DNA from: Phoronis australis
Taxonomy: Eukaryota > Animalia > Phoronida
DNA: 64,000 nucleotides
Direction: 5' to 3'
Assembly (NCBI GenBank): GCA_002633005.1
Contig: NMRA01000155.1
Coordinates: forward strand, 303,844 to 367,843
Both the position numbers and the translations under genes were made by a program. Below, piece by piece: positions 24,201 to 36,300 of this stretch. Below the pieces are notes generated by a model. It made no database searches. It was not told where the DNA came from and saw only the letters and a program-made list of their open reading frames with translations. Position 1 is the first letter of the stretch; each line of letters begins with the position of its first letter.

Positions 24201-24688
24201 TCTAAATACGTAATGTTTTGACAATAAAAAAGCCTGACAATATTTGAAAGTGTGAATATAAGTCCAGGAATGAGTCAGGTGCACTCATAACGTATCTATG
24301 ACGGACTTTTGTGACAACTATATTTTCTTCGCCAGAATTTAAAAAAGACATTGGTCGGACTTCATACCAACATTTTTTCTTCGATTAATATCTATACCTA
24401 AAATGTGTCACTTTACTAATCTGGCAGCTAACGTTAAAACATAAATATGCAAAAACGTACACTATTCAATATGGTGTGTGACAGCGAAAAAATGTCGAAA
24501 ATGGGAATTCAAGCCTCAGACAGTGCAAAAACTGTCCAATTTAGAGCAAAAACTGTATTTTCCATGAGTCCACCGATAGTAAAGTTGATTTTGACTAAAA
24601 AAAACGGGAGTGGTTTTGAACAATGTAATTGTTTTTTCGACGTGTGACACCGTTTTTTTGGATTGCGCACTTTAGTGGAGAATGAGCC
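18279..24688. mobile_element. ~6.4 kb degenerate DNA transposon with TIRs and 4-bp TSD (ACTT), containing nested fragments
   Basis: ACTT|GGTTCATTCTCCACTAA at the left end and TTAGTGGAGAATGAGCC|ACTT at the right. The motif GATACGTTAT/ATAACGTATC recurs many times near both ends. Confidence 0.6.
19781..19950 (+). pseudogene. THAP zinc-finger remnant (transposon-derived)
   Basis: MVGYGVAGCSATHAKCKGISFH... followed, after a disrupted stretch, by YICSRHFEDECF. Confidence 0.55.
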
Positions 24689-27600
24689 ACTTACTGTACG
24701 TTATGTATGACCATGTCTGAGTTCATACCATTTTTTCAATCGTGCAGATAATCTAGAATACAGTAGAGTGTACCTTTGAACATGTGTCTTCAATACAAAA
24801 GCAGAAAAATCAAATTCAAAATTACATGTTTGCAAGTTTCAATTTCAGTGTCGATCATTAAATGTACATGTAAAAGCCCCTATCGTAAAATCTATTTTTG
24901 TTTGCACCGCTGCATGTCATTAGAATCGCCTGTTCTTACAAGTGTTTCATTTTCTTCAAGGAGAATACCACCCGATTTTTTAATTCGTCTGTTTTACCCT
25001 CTTAATCGGTCTATATTCACATCGCCTCGAATACGGCCGACTTTGCCTTGCCGAGAGGTATCGTAATAACCTGAGAAACGACGCAGCGACATCAGTGCTT
25101 CATCTGCAGACTGAATGCCGCTACATGTTGCGGTAAATCGTCCCCTCTTGTCCGAACTATGAAGCTGCAACGAAAGCGGGTATATCGTTTTCTCGACTTC
25201 CTCTAGAACACGAAATGCTTAGGAAGTAGCTTGGGGTAGTAAAGACTGAATGAAAAGTACGCTGTTAATAGCAAGTATGAGGCCGTGAAAGATCTCCCTG
25301 TCACTGGTAGGCATTTCGTCGACACTGATTTCTCTGACGAATGCCGGCTTGTACCAAAGAAACATTCATACGTTCCGTTGTACTGCGCATGTTCACGGTG
25401 CCTCTCTGGAATTTTTTGATCAGGGTATTCCGGCTTTAAATGATAGCCTGTTAAACCTTACGATCCATCTGTGAAGTCTTCGTCGGATATGAGCTCTTGC
25501 CTAAGTCGGGATTGTGAGAGGCCGCTTTAACGTTTACTAGTCTGCGTTCTGTTTCATGATGACTTATTCTCACTCTAACCAATGCTTGTTTAAATCTGAA
25601 ACAAAGTCTGTCTCATTAGATAAAATTTGTAATGCCTTTGGAGTATTCGTGAGTGGAAATGTTTTGAGAAGCCAGCAATGAATAAATCACTGCGTTACCG
25701 GCTTTAGATGCAATAAAAGGAATTGACCGGAGCACCGAGGCCGTGTGAGCGCAAGCCAATTCAGTGTTTGCTGACAGAAAGCTGTTGTGAAACAATTACT
25801 CGATTTTATATGCTATGGTCTTTATTTAAATATAAAATTCATTATTCAAATCATTTTTACTCTACAACATTTGCCCTGATGGTTCTGCAATTTCGTACCT
25901 AATTCACCAAAATAATTACGTGCACATTATTTCTTTGGCTCACTAGTATAATTTTTCGTAGCCGGAGGTTTAGTTTCTAACTTAAGCTGGTTCGTGTCCG
26001 TGATCACCAGTCCCGGTGGCTACGACGGGCCTGATCTGGTTCCGAGCCACTGGCTGCGGTAACAAGCGTTTTGTGTGTTTAAAATTAAAAAAATCGTAAG
26101 TCTCAAAGTACAACACACAGCTATGTTCTCCGGTCTGTATTTCACAGTAGAATGATTCGAATTTAACACACTCAAACTCCCGCGATCGACCATAGTATAT
26201 TGGCCTTAGTACTGAAATCTGTAGACTACGGTACGTTCAAATACCTACAAATCCGTAACAGTGAAATAAAACAGCACGTTTGTTTAAGAACTTGATGTAT
26301 TGTAAGGGTTTAAGATCGCTTTTGGATGATTTATTGATGTAAAACGAAGAATTCAAGCGATAGGTTGACACCAGTAAGCGTGTTGTGAACTCCTGAACAG
26401 ACTGCGTTCGGACCTATGACGTCAGTGGTTAATTTCAACTCCTCCGTCTGCCGTCAGGTGTCAGGTAAAACAATTAACATGCTGTTATCGAGTGCAACTA
26501 CTCGATCTAAATTGATACAAATTAGGTTATTTTTGGTGGTATTCTCCTTTAAAACACTGCCTCGCGTGTAGAATAACAGCAGGTAAGCATGCCAGTAAAT
26601 GCCAAGTCGAAAGTCAGATATTACAAAAGTAATTACAGAATTACTGCATAACTGAGCTCTATTGGTGAACAGAATTTGATCACTTTTTTATTTTTCTTTT
26701 AATAGCTTAATTATGGCTTAATAATGTTGACTCCAACGCACGCGATCGAATATTCAGTCACGTACACCTGCGTATACCCTTGGCGTATAGATGGCGCTGC
26801 AGTCAAACATAGTCTGACGTTTGCCGCCGCATGCGCCCTTCAGCACCTGGTGGTCTCAAGCGAGTTACTTTTTTATCATAAGCAGGCAGTGACCCATAAG
26901 CTACAGCATATTTACAAAACCACTTCTGTGACTTTTTGGGGCAATTCATTTTTGATATTTGTAACATCAGAGAAAACCAATGCACTTTCAAAAAAATGAA
27001 AAGTTTAAAGTTGCACGTTTCCATGAAATTCGAATTTCATATTCGGCTATACTATTGGACATTACATTCCCAAAAATATTAAAATTATGTTCCCACAATT
27101 ATTGATACCTCTTAAAATGTTTCCATAGGTTGGAATATGTCCTAAAGCACACGTACAGTTTCTATTTCTCCACATCAAAGTACAAATTTTATGCGAATTC
27201 GTGTCAAATTTGTAAACTCATTGTCGTCATTTGATAGGAAAATCGGAACTACTATTCGAAACCGTTTACAGTGTTATCACGATATACTTTTCCTGTTGAT
27301 TCGATACGAATTAAGAAAAAAGAATACAAAAAAACAAACAAATATATATGGAAAGTTAGAGACTTAGAGAAATATTATTTCACCAAGTAACAAGGATTTT
27401 CTATCGATTGCCTACGCCTACTTTACTATTACTGATTAAGTAGTTGTTCAGACCATGTAGCTGGTGAGGCGTACATGAGCCATGGATCGTATGATTCTAG
27501 AGCAGTTTGCGTTCTTTTTAATAACAAGGTGTTCTGATGCAAACCGTAATTTTGTGCTGGTGAACTTCACTATGGACCTTATTCACGCAGTCGCCATTTC

Positions 27601-30600
27601 AGAAGTGAGCCTCTTTTTAGGTTCAAAAGCGATGTATTTGAAGCATAAATACTACAAAAATAACGCTTTGCGCCGTGACTAAGCTCAGAGTGCATAGTTT
27701 TAGGACCTATAACGAGGTTCACTTTATAATGGCGACTGGGTGTTTAAGTTGTAAGCAAATAAGTGTGCGTCTGATTAATTCATATGCTCTAAATTATGAC
27801 ACTTCATGGTTGCTCAAAACAATCGATGATATTCTTTCAGTAACAAAATAAAGTTCATGCGATAATATGTGGGGACCGGCTCAGAAGTTTGAATAAGACA
27901 GTTTTATCCTTTTCGTATTTGACCAAATTTCTGCGGTAAAGGCAACTCACTTCCGAGTGGCATAAACAACTTTTATTAAACTCACCAAAAGCTTGACCTG
28001 TTTTCGATTTTTCAATAAGCCATGAAATAAAAGAGTGTATTCGTTCCACTCTAATGTAAGATCCTAATCAATCTATAATAAACAGTTAAGATAACAATAG
28101 CTAACTTTACTACCAGTTTGAAAGGTAAATATGAGTTTTCTCCAAGAAAATCCAAAACAATTCAAAATCCAGACACAGGTACTTGACACTGCATCAGCAA
28201 CACTCTCAACATTTCTATTGTTGGGATAGTAAAAGCAAGTTTTGGTGTGGAAAGCCAAAGACCATATCTCACCAAAGTAACATTGACAAAATACAATTTC
28301 CTTGTGGTGATGTCTCCCTGAAGTAAAAGATCATTCTTTACACAGCTGTTGTATTTTTAGTAAATTTAAATTTTTAGTCTTTGGAGAGTTAGCTTTTTGA
28401 CTTTACTGTATGCTCATATTTCAAGTACTTTCTCTGCATATTTGAAGACTACCACTTCCAAGTGATCATTAAAATTCTAAAAATGTGTGAAGATATGAAT
28501 TGTTTTGTATTTTAAAACATATTACAGAAAATTTATGTTGGCATATTCAGGCTTACGAATGTCAATATACTTGATTTCCCATGAACTACAGTTCTTTCCT
28601 CATCTGTCGCAGTCTTTTGTCGTCAAAAGCACAAGTTCTCAGTTGTACATGTACATGTATTCTACTGGCAAATATAATACACTGTACCAAGCATGTGTTA
28701 CATAACTTCAAGCAGGTGTAACTCGTGCCTTTTGTAAGGTATAAAAATGTAATTAACGATAAAACAACTGAGTTAGTAGGAACTGAACTACGGTTGGTGA
28801 GAAAACAACTTAAATTCTTAAAATAGAATTGTGTTAATGAGAATAAAACACTATGCAGACCGCTAGTTAGAAAGATTGTCCAGTCTGTTATTCCATTCAA
28901 TCCAGGTTATCTGTAAATATTAGTCTTTAAATGTGACTGAATCATTTTTTAAAAAGAATGATGAACGGCACTCCCCCGAAATTAGAGCACGCAAGTGATG
29001 AGCAAGATAACACATTTTTGTATAGAAAACAATATAAGCCGTTAGATCCACCACTGCAATGGTTCCGGTCTTCTTCGTTTACGGCCCCCGGATACCACTG
29101 TGGTGGTGAAAAGTATTGGCTTTTTTTTCTTGCGGCCTATCTTCATTTTGTAAACTGTATGAAGATACATGTAACATCAATGCACTCAGTATTGAGCAGA
29201 AAAGATTTCTTCAACAAATATCAGATTCAGGGGTTTTCCAAGCACTACCGAACCCATACTAACAACTTTTTCAAGAACATTTTGTAGCCTCTTCCTCCGA
29301 ATCGACAAATTTCATGTCACCATGCCTGCCAAATGTTCGGTAGTGTTTGGATTTCCCACGAAAGCACATGCAGTTCCCCAAATAGAGATGGGGATGTTCA
29401 GCTCACTCGGGTGGGTATTTTTATCTCTTGGGAATAAGCTTGGGTAGGTGATTATCAATCACTGTAGCATATCTATGGGCAACCATTGTTATCGCTGAGT
29501 GATTGATGTAGCAATGCACTGGTCATGTCCAGGTTAGATGTAACTTGAAGTTTTGGCTTTCACGTACACACTTGGGCACTCCTGATTTGATCAGATATAT
29601 ATAATATAAAGAATGTCTAGATTGTGACCTCTCGGTGACGTACCTCCAATGTAAATAGTAGGTTGGCATCAATAAACTACATGAAAGAATGATTTGCTTT
29701 TCCATCATATGATGCTGTAGTTCAACAGGGCATTAACTAATCTAAGGGGAAAGATGCCTGTGCCTTCTGAGCGGAGTGATTTTTTGGTCTAGGCAAAAAC
29801 CCAGTCGCTACTCTGATTAAGCAATGCCTTGAAGCCAAACTGTCACTTTGCTTAAATGACTCTAACATAATAGAGATTTTTTTGTCATAGGAGGAGAATT
29901 TTGGGGCCTGATGGGGTATATTTGAGTGAATCGTAGATGTGAATTGAAGTTTACATGTACCATGCAATGGCCGAAGTAGAATATATACTTTAGTAATTAC
30001 CGAGATTACCAAGCATGGGAACTGTTAACAGGTTTGGATTGTAAACAATAATTAGTATTGCTCTATCAGTAGATCATCCATTTGCTAACTACCCCGATTA
30101 CTGCACTAAACTTGGGAAACCAGCGACCTCAATTAAACTGGCAATTATGCTAACCATTAGGCTTGTAGGCTCAAATTATTTAGTGGAAGCACTCCCTACA
30201 ACTACAGTAAGACGTACGTAGCCGTCGATCAAGATTCGACACCGCCTGAATTTTGAGGTCTGGCAGAGGCTGAGGCTGACACTGAAGGGCTATGTTGGCC
30301 GAGTCAATTACTAACTACTGGATTATCACCTTTAAATAAAATACATCGTGTGAAACATTAACTTAATATTAGGGAAAATTCAACAAATGCACTACGTTAA
30401 AAATACAATCAAATCGCTCATTGTCTCTCAGAAAGTGGAAGCCAAATTCCTTCTTTCTTTTGGTGTCAAAAATGTCCGTCCAATGACGTTCTCGTATATC
30501 TTGTAAGTTTTTTTTCCATGATGAAACATTTATTAACTCAACCAACCACTACATAGTTGTGCAGCAATATGACATCTAGTTTAGTGTACATCAAACAAAT

Positions 30601-31785
30601 TACGAACAATATCGGACCCTATAAAAGCTAGTTAGGCAAAAAGAAGACCACCTTGCTTGGAATCTCTTAAAATCCAATTTATCATTATAAATAATTTTTT
30701 CCAGATTGTAGTAATCACATACCTCACGTAAAAATGACTGAAAATTGGGCTTAGCCTTTTGTAGCAATTATCGTTCCCTATTTGCCTCGTTCGTAATCAG
30801 TTTTTGGAACTTTTTCAAAATGTTGGTGAATAAATTGCCATTTTCACTCTTTACAAGGCAATGAGTTCCTATGACCCAGTTTGGTTTAACCCCAAGTTGA
30901 ACATTATAAATTACAAAAGTGGGTGATTTATGAGGGTTGTCATGCCAATTGCATAATATATATCTATGATTTGCCATATTTTAACGTTAATTTGATGAAT
31001 TATGCGTGCTTTTTAATCATTGTAAATTCTCTACGCCAACCACAGTACTCGTGTGAATGAGGTGTCATTCGTTAAAAAAACTGTATTCGTCCAAAATTTC
31101 TCACCGCCCAGAGTTTATAACCACTGCTTGCGTTATGTACGCAACTGCAAGAGATTTTTACTTGTTTATACAAAAAATGAAATTTCAAAGGTAGTGGAAT
31201 GATTGTCTGAATAAAATACTTCCAAGCAAATAATGGAGGAGTATCCGTGTTCTTTGATCCCCAACAACTGCAATTTCAACTGACTTCAAATAAAATTTAC
31301 CCTCATAGTTCTCAGTAACTGAATGTTTCCTATATAAGATAGGAATAAACTACTCACCGAAGGGTAAATTTCATGGAAAAGAGTCCGACAAACCTTGTTG
31401 CTTTTTTGGGAATCTGGAGTTGTACAACATTTTTGGAGGACAGTGAACAATGGCTTTAAGAATAAACATGGTCTCCTCTTAGTTTAAGAATGGCAGATGT
31501 TACCTTTGGGAAAGTGAGAGACAGACATGTAATCAAACTTATCATTTGCTTATTAAAACGCTATATATACGGAGCCTGGTGAAATTCCAGAACACCTTGT
31601 TTGTATTAGTTGAAAATGAAACTCTTAAAAATTATTATATAGAAGATGTAATTTACCAGAACTTGAAATTTGAACTCGTTAAAAAAATGTGGATTACTGT
31701 ACAATGAATAACCAAATAAGGTCATGAATACATCCAGGAACATGACTGCATTATGGGTACGCTCGAGACTGGAAGGAGGGTAAGC

Positions 31786-31842
31786 TTTGTTTGAGATGTA
31801 ATCTTGAGTAAACAGAGTGAATAAACTCTTAAGCAATTGCAC
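31786..31842 (+). promoter_or_regulatory. Conserved upstream element of gene B
   Basis: TTTGTTTGAGATGTAATCTTGAGTAAACA, nearly identical to the block upstream of C; about 130 nt before the ATG. Confidence 0.5.
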
Positions 31843-31937
31843 GAGATCGTTATAACGTAGGCGTAGTTGGGTATCCCAATCAGTGTAGTGATTGGCGAGA
31901 ACGTAAAGCGTGTACTTGCTGCATCCAATATTTTAAG

Positions 31938-33367
31938 ATGAAGATATTGCTATTTTTGGCGGCTTGTGTTATCTTGTGTTGCGGAGTGTTAAGCGAGAAC
32001 GTGGTAGTGAATGTTAAGGGTGGAAAATTGAAAGGTAACTGGTCTCAGGCGGACGGAGTAACTCGGTTTTTGGGTGTTCCTTATGCTTTACCACCCGTGG
32101 GCGAGCGCAGGTTCGCCCTCCCCCAGGTGATGGGGAGTTGGGTTACGGAGAAAGACTGCAATGTCTACAAGCCCTCATGTCCTCAACCATTGGAAATGTT
32201 CAATGACTCGCTACCCGGTTATTTAAAGGTGTACAACCTTTCATTTGACTTACCTCAGACGGAAGAAGATTGTTTATACTTAAATATTTTTGTTCCTGGG
32301 AAGGTTCAAAGTAACAAGTCTTTGCCAGTTATGGTCCATTTCCAAGACGGTGGCTTTCAAGTCGCACTTTCTGAAGTGTTCGATGGTTCTAGCCTTGCAC
32401 AGGAAGGTGACGTCATAGTTGTAACTTTCAGTTCCCGACTTGGTGCTCTTGGTTTCTATGGAGGGCTCAACTTGGGACTTTGGGACCAGATCAAAGTCTT
32501 GAAGTGGATACATCACAACATCGGCGCGTTCGGTGGTGACGCAAATAGAGTGACATTGTTTGGAGTTGGCTCCGGTGCATTTGCTGTTGGTCTCCATGTC
32601 TTATCTGCGGAGAGTAGAGGGTTGTTCAAAAGGGTCATATCTCAAGGTACATCTGCCTACGACATAACCTTAGTTAACTTAAATCCAGCAAGTGCAAATG
32701 GCGCTTTCAACAAAGAAGTGAAGTGTGAACACAAGGAAATGGATGAACAGATGAAATGTTTAAGGTCTCTGAAAGTTGAGGACATTCTTTCTGTTCAGGT
32801 AAACCTTGCATACCAGTATTTGAATTTCATGCCGGCAGTTGATGGAAAAATCCTACAAGACACACCTTTCAAGATATTGGAAACGCTGAATTTCAACGAC
32901 GTCGACTACATGTTAGGTGTCAACAGCAACGGGGGATCTGCTGGTATTTTGGACTTCTTCGCCCGTTTAGACACTGGTGCGGACGAAGATTATTTCAAAA
33001 CATTCATAGATGGTGCCGCTTACATGAATTCCCCATCAAACTTTGCCACTGTGAAGGCGGCTTTGCTGTATGAATACGGGACCGCAATGAATGAAAATAT
33101 GAACAGCAAGCAGTGGCTTCAGAAAACATTGGACTTTTTCAGAGATGCTTATTTAAGTCAAGTCAGAGGAGCCCAGTTGACACATGCCGGTGCAGGGTTG
33201 AGCGTTTACGCCTATTATTTCGACCAGTCTCCGCCAGTTTTAAACGGCGCTCCTGTCGACGTGTTGGGTGTACCCGCGGGTGTGGAGGAGTTGTTCCTAT
33301 TTGGAGGTGTACGCCATGAGTTCAGTAAACGCCTGATGAAAACCTGGACAAGTTTTGCTAAAACAGG
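31938..33367 (+). CDS. Gene B exon 1
   Basis: ATG 31938; GG|gtatgt; 1430 nt. Confidence 0.92.
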
Positions 33368-36300
33368 GTATGTACGGTATACAAACAAACGAGTTCTTTT
33401 CGATTTTGACTACTATAGTTTAAGTTTTTGGTGAAATCGGTAGATTCACTGAATCGTGTGAAAACATGAAGGGTCGCTACTGCTGGGCTTAATTCCGTCT
33501 TCATATATGAATTGGATCCTCGTCAAGACAAAACAGGTCATACACTTCTCCTCATGTCCCAGTTTTGTCTTTCTGAGGTGAATTATGGCGAGTTTTGTGA
33601 AATTTGCATTCCTCCGTTCGATCCAATATGTCGAAGTCATTATCAGGTCTACTCTATGGAAAGTGACTTACGCTTTAAAATTCCTAAATAAAGTTTTTCC
33701 ATGTAATACTTAGTACGTTATTTATTACAATTGTGGTGGAAGTTATTTTGAGTCACTAGTTGCTAAGTTAAAGACCGTATTTTTGCCGCTGAGGTGAGGT
33801 GAGATAAGTTACTTTAGTCAGAGAAAATTGCTTTACTTCTTAAGTCACTTTTCATGAAACTAAAACGTAGTTTTCTTTGCGAATGGCTACTTTTTTCACT
33901 TACCATCTTGTCTTGTAAATATACATGTATTTCGTTAGCAGTGAATACAATACGGTGACTGGTTAAAATTTTGTTTTTAGAAAGCCAACTTTAGAACTTA
34001 GTGACGGCACCACTTTAGACTGGCCAAACTTTAACGTGACTCATCAGAAAACAGCACTTTTGCACGCCAACATTACAAAGTCAAACGCTGTGGTTGATTC
34101 TTTGCCACACGATTTGGAACGAAAGATATCTTTCTGGCTTGAATTTCTACCCCAAATAACAGCTCAACGCGATGGGTGCCACAACGAGACTTCTTCGACT
34201 ATGGAGCACGAACACCCTATGGTTCATCTTAAGCAAGGTCACGTCCTTGGACGAAGTAGGATAGTTGCAGGTACTTTGTTTAAGTTCTTGTTACCTCCCC
34301 TGTGATGCACCCTGTGGTCATCAGTCATGTGAAGTATTGAACAATCTCGGTATGTTGTTTGCTTTTCATATTTCATCGTTAAGCGGGCAGTCGTCCAGAG
34401 GTGAAGAAGTAATTTGAGTCTGAAACGGCGTGTGCTTCTCTTGCAGTGGGCAAAGATTTCGCCACGAAAAACCCACAATTCCCTGTAAAAGAATTTACAT
34501 GTACTGTTTCCTTTACATTCACCAATTTAAAACACAGCATGAGTTCCATCAGTCAAACTATAACACTGAAGTATAAACATTTTAGTATTTTTCAACTTTA
34601 TGGTTGCCTTTCTTTATTTTATTTCCTTGTTTGAAGTGGTGGATTTCCGCGAGTAAGCTTAAACTCACTACGGCGTCCAGTTTAGGTCGCGACGCACCAT
34701 TTTAATTAAAAAATCACATTTAATTCAGGTCAAAAACATTTGGGTGTGTGTTAAATGCGCTTTGTGACTGAAATTAATTCTGACGTATCTAATCAAAATG
34801 TTGCAGAGAAGCATGTTTAATTGACGGCCGGTGGAGAAATATCACAATTTTGTAGGTTTTTATAACTACAAGCCACCTTGCTTAACTCGCCACTTTGGGA
34901 ACGATGGGAAAAGTAACGACTCCTCCGAGTGACGCCTTGAGTGTAATTCATACTTTTGAGTACGATACACATTTACTGGTATCGCGATGATGACGGGTTT
35001 TATCAGATTCCATGTCACCAATGTCGAGAGACAAGAATGTGTAGTTTGATAAGTTCAGTTCAAGGATGTTCCGAGGTTAAGCCAGATTTTTGTAGGGTCT
35101 GCATAAGCTTAATCCGAGTATGATATATGTGTGCATGGTAGGCTAGATGTCTCATCATTCGATCTGCCTGAAAGGCTTTTGCTGTTTGAGCAATTCAGAT
35201 GAGTTTCCGAAGTGGCGACCGAAGAAGTCTATTAGTTTCCATAGAAAATAACATGAAGAAATGCTCCCCTTATCAGTTACACGTGCTTTCCCATTTCTTA
35301 ATAATTTCAAAGACTAGCATCAATACGAGACCTGCATATTATACAGTAATCTTACAACCGGTACGAAATGAAGTTGTAGGAAATGTAGTTGAATTACATT
35401 TTCCTTAGCTGAATGTTCGCCGGGGACACACGAAGTCGGCGCTTTTTCATATTTAATGCAGGTGTGCAATAGAAATGACAATTAAGCGTCGCCTGTTCGA
35501 TGAATTTACTTACATTTTATTCCTGTTGAACGGTAGATGTGTTCGTGCATTTCAGGAAACCAATTCCCATTCGAAGAATACCTGGACATTCCCTATGCAG
35601 CGCCACCTGTGGGAAATTTACGATTTCAACCTCCAAGGCTCCATCAAGGATGGAGAGGCATTCTAAATAGTACAAGGGAGACAAGTGGAGTAAAAGCGTG
35701 TCCACAAACTAACTGGCCACTGCTTCCGTTTGAAGTCATGGATGAAGACTGCCTAACGTTAGACATTTACGTGCCATACGGAGTTTCAAAAGTCAGGTGA
35801 TTACCGCTTTAGGCTTGGTGCTGTTTGTTACACGTATACATAAAAATATAATTTAAAATGTGTTAATAATTGACTGAAAAATTGTTGACTATTAAACGTT
35901 ACTTCCGGGCTTTCAAATATAATAAGTACGACTTAACAGGCAGCAAATACACTGTATATCACCAGGAATGGTACACTGTCCTTTATATAACAACACGGTA
36001 ATAACTAACGTTTTCACTGGCACATTCGCTAGCAGCAAAGATGCCAGTAATGTGAACGATTGCACAGGTCACTTTTGCTGGCGATTTGCTTGAGGTTTGA
36101 GTTTCCCCTAAACCATTTGCGTTTTCGCCAGCGCTTTTGTACGCTGACGTCCACGTACTATGTTCTACAGTCATATCAAGAACTTTAAGACAGAGTTTGG
36201 AAGTGTTTTGACGTATAACTTTTAGCTTAATAATTACTCGATGGACTGTAACAGAGTGTATTGCTAGGAGGTGCCTGTCCCAGTTGATTTTCACCTCAAT

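Noticed and set aside
23430-24300. Spaced GATACGTTAT repeats as a CRISPR-like array
   Set aside because: Only 10 bp, irregular spacing, mixed orientation and eukaryotic context; better explained as transposon subterminal motifs
25955-26005. tRNA/SINE-like A and B boxes (TAGCCGGAGG...GGTTCGTGTCC)
   Set aside because: Box spacing too short and no cloverleaf
28950-30050. Coding-like minus-strand fragments in the A-B spacer
   Set aside because: Frames are broken and I recognised no motif with confidence; probably a decayed transposase
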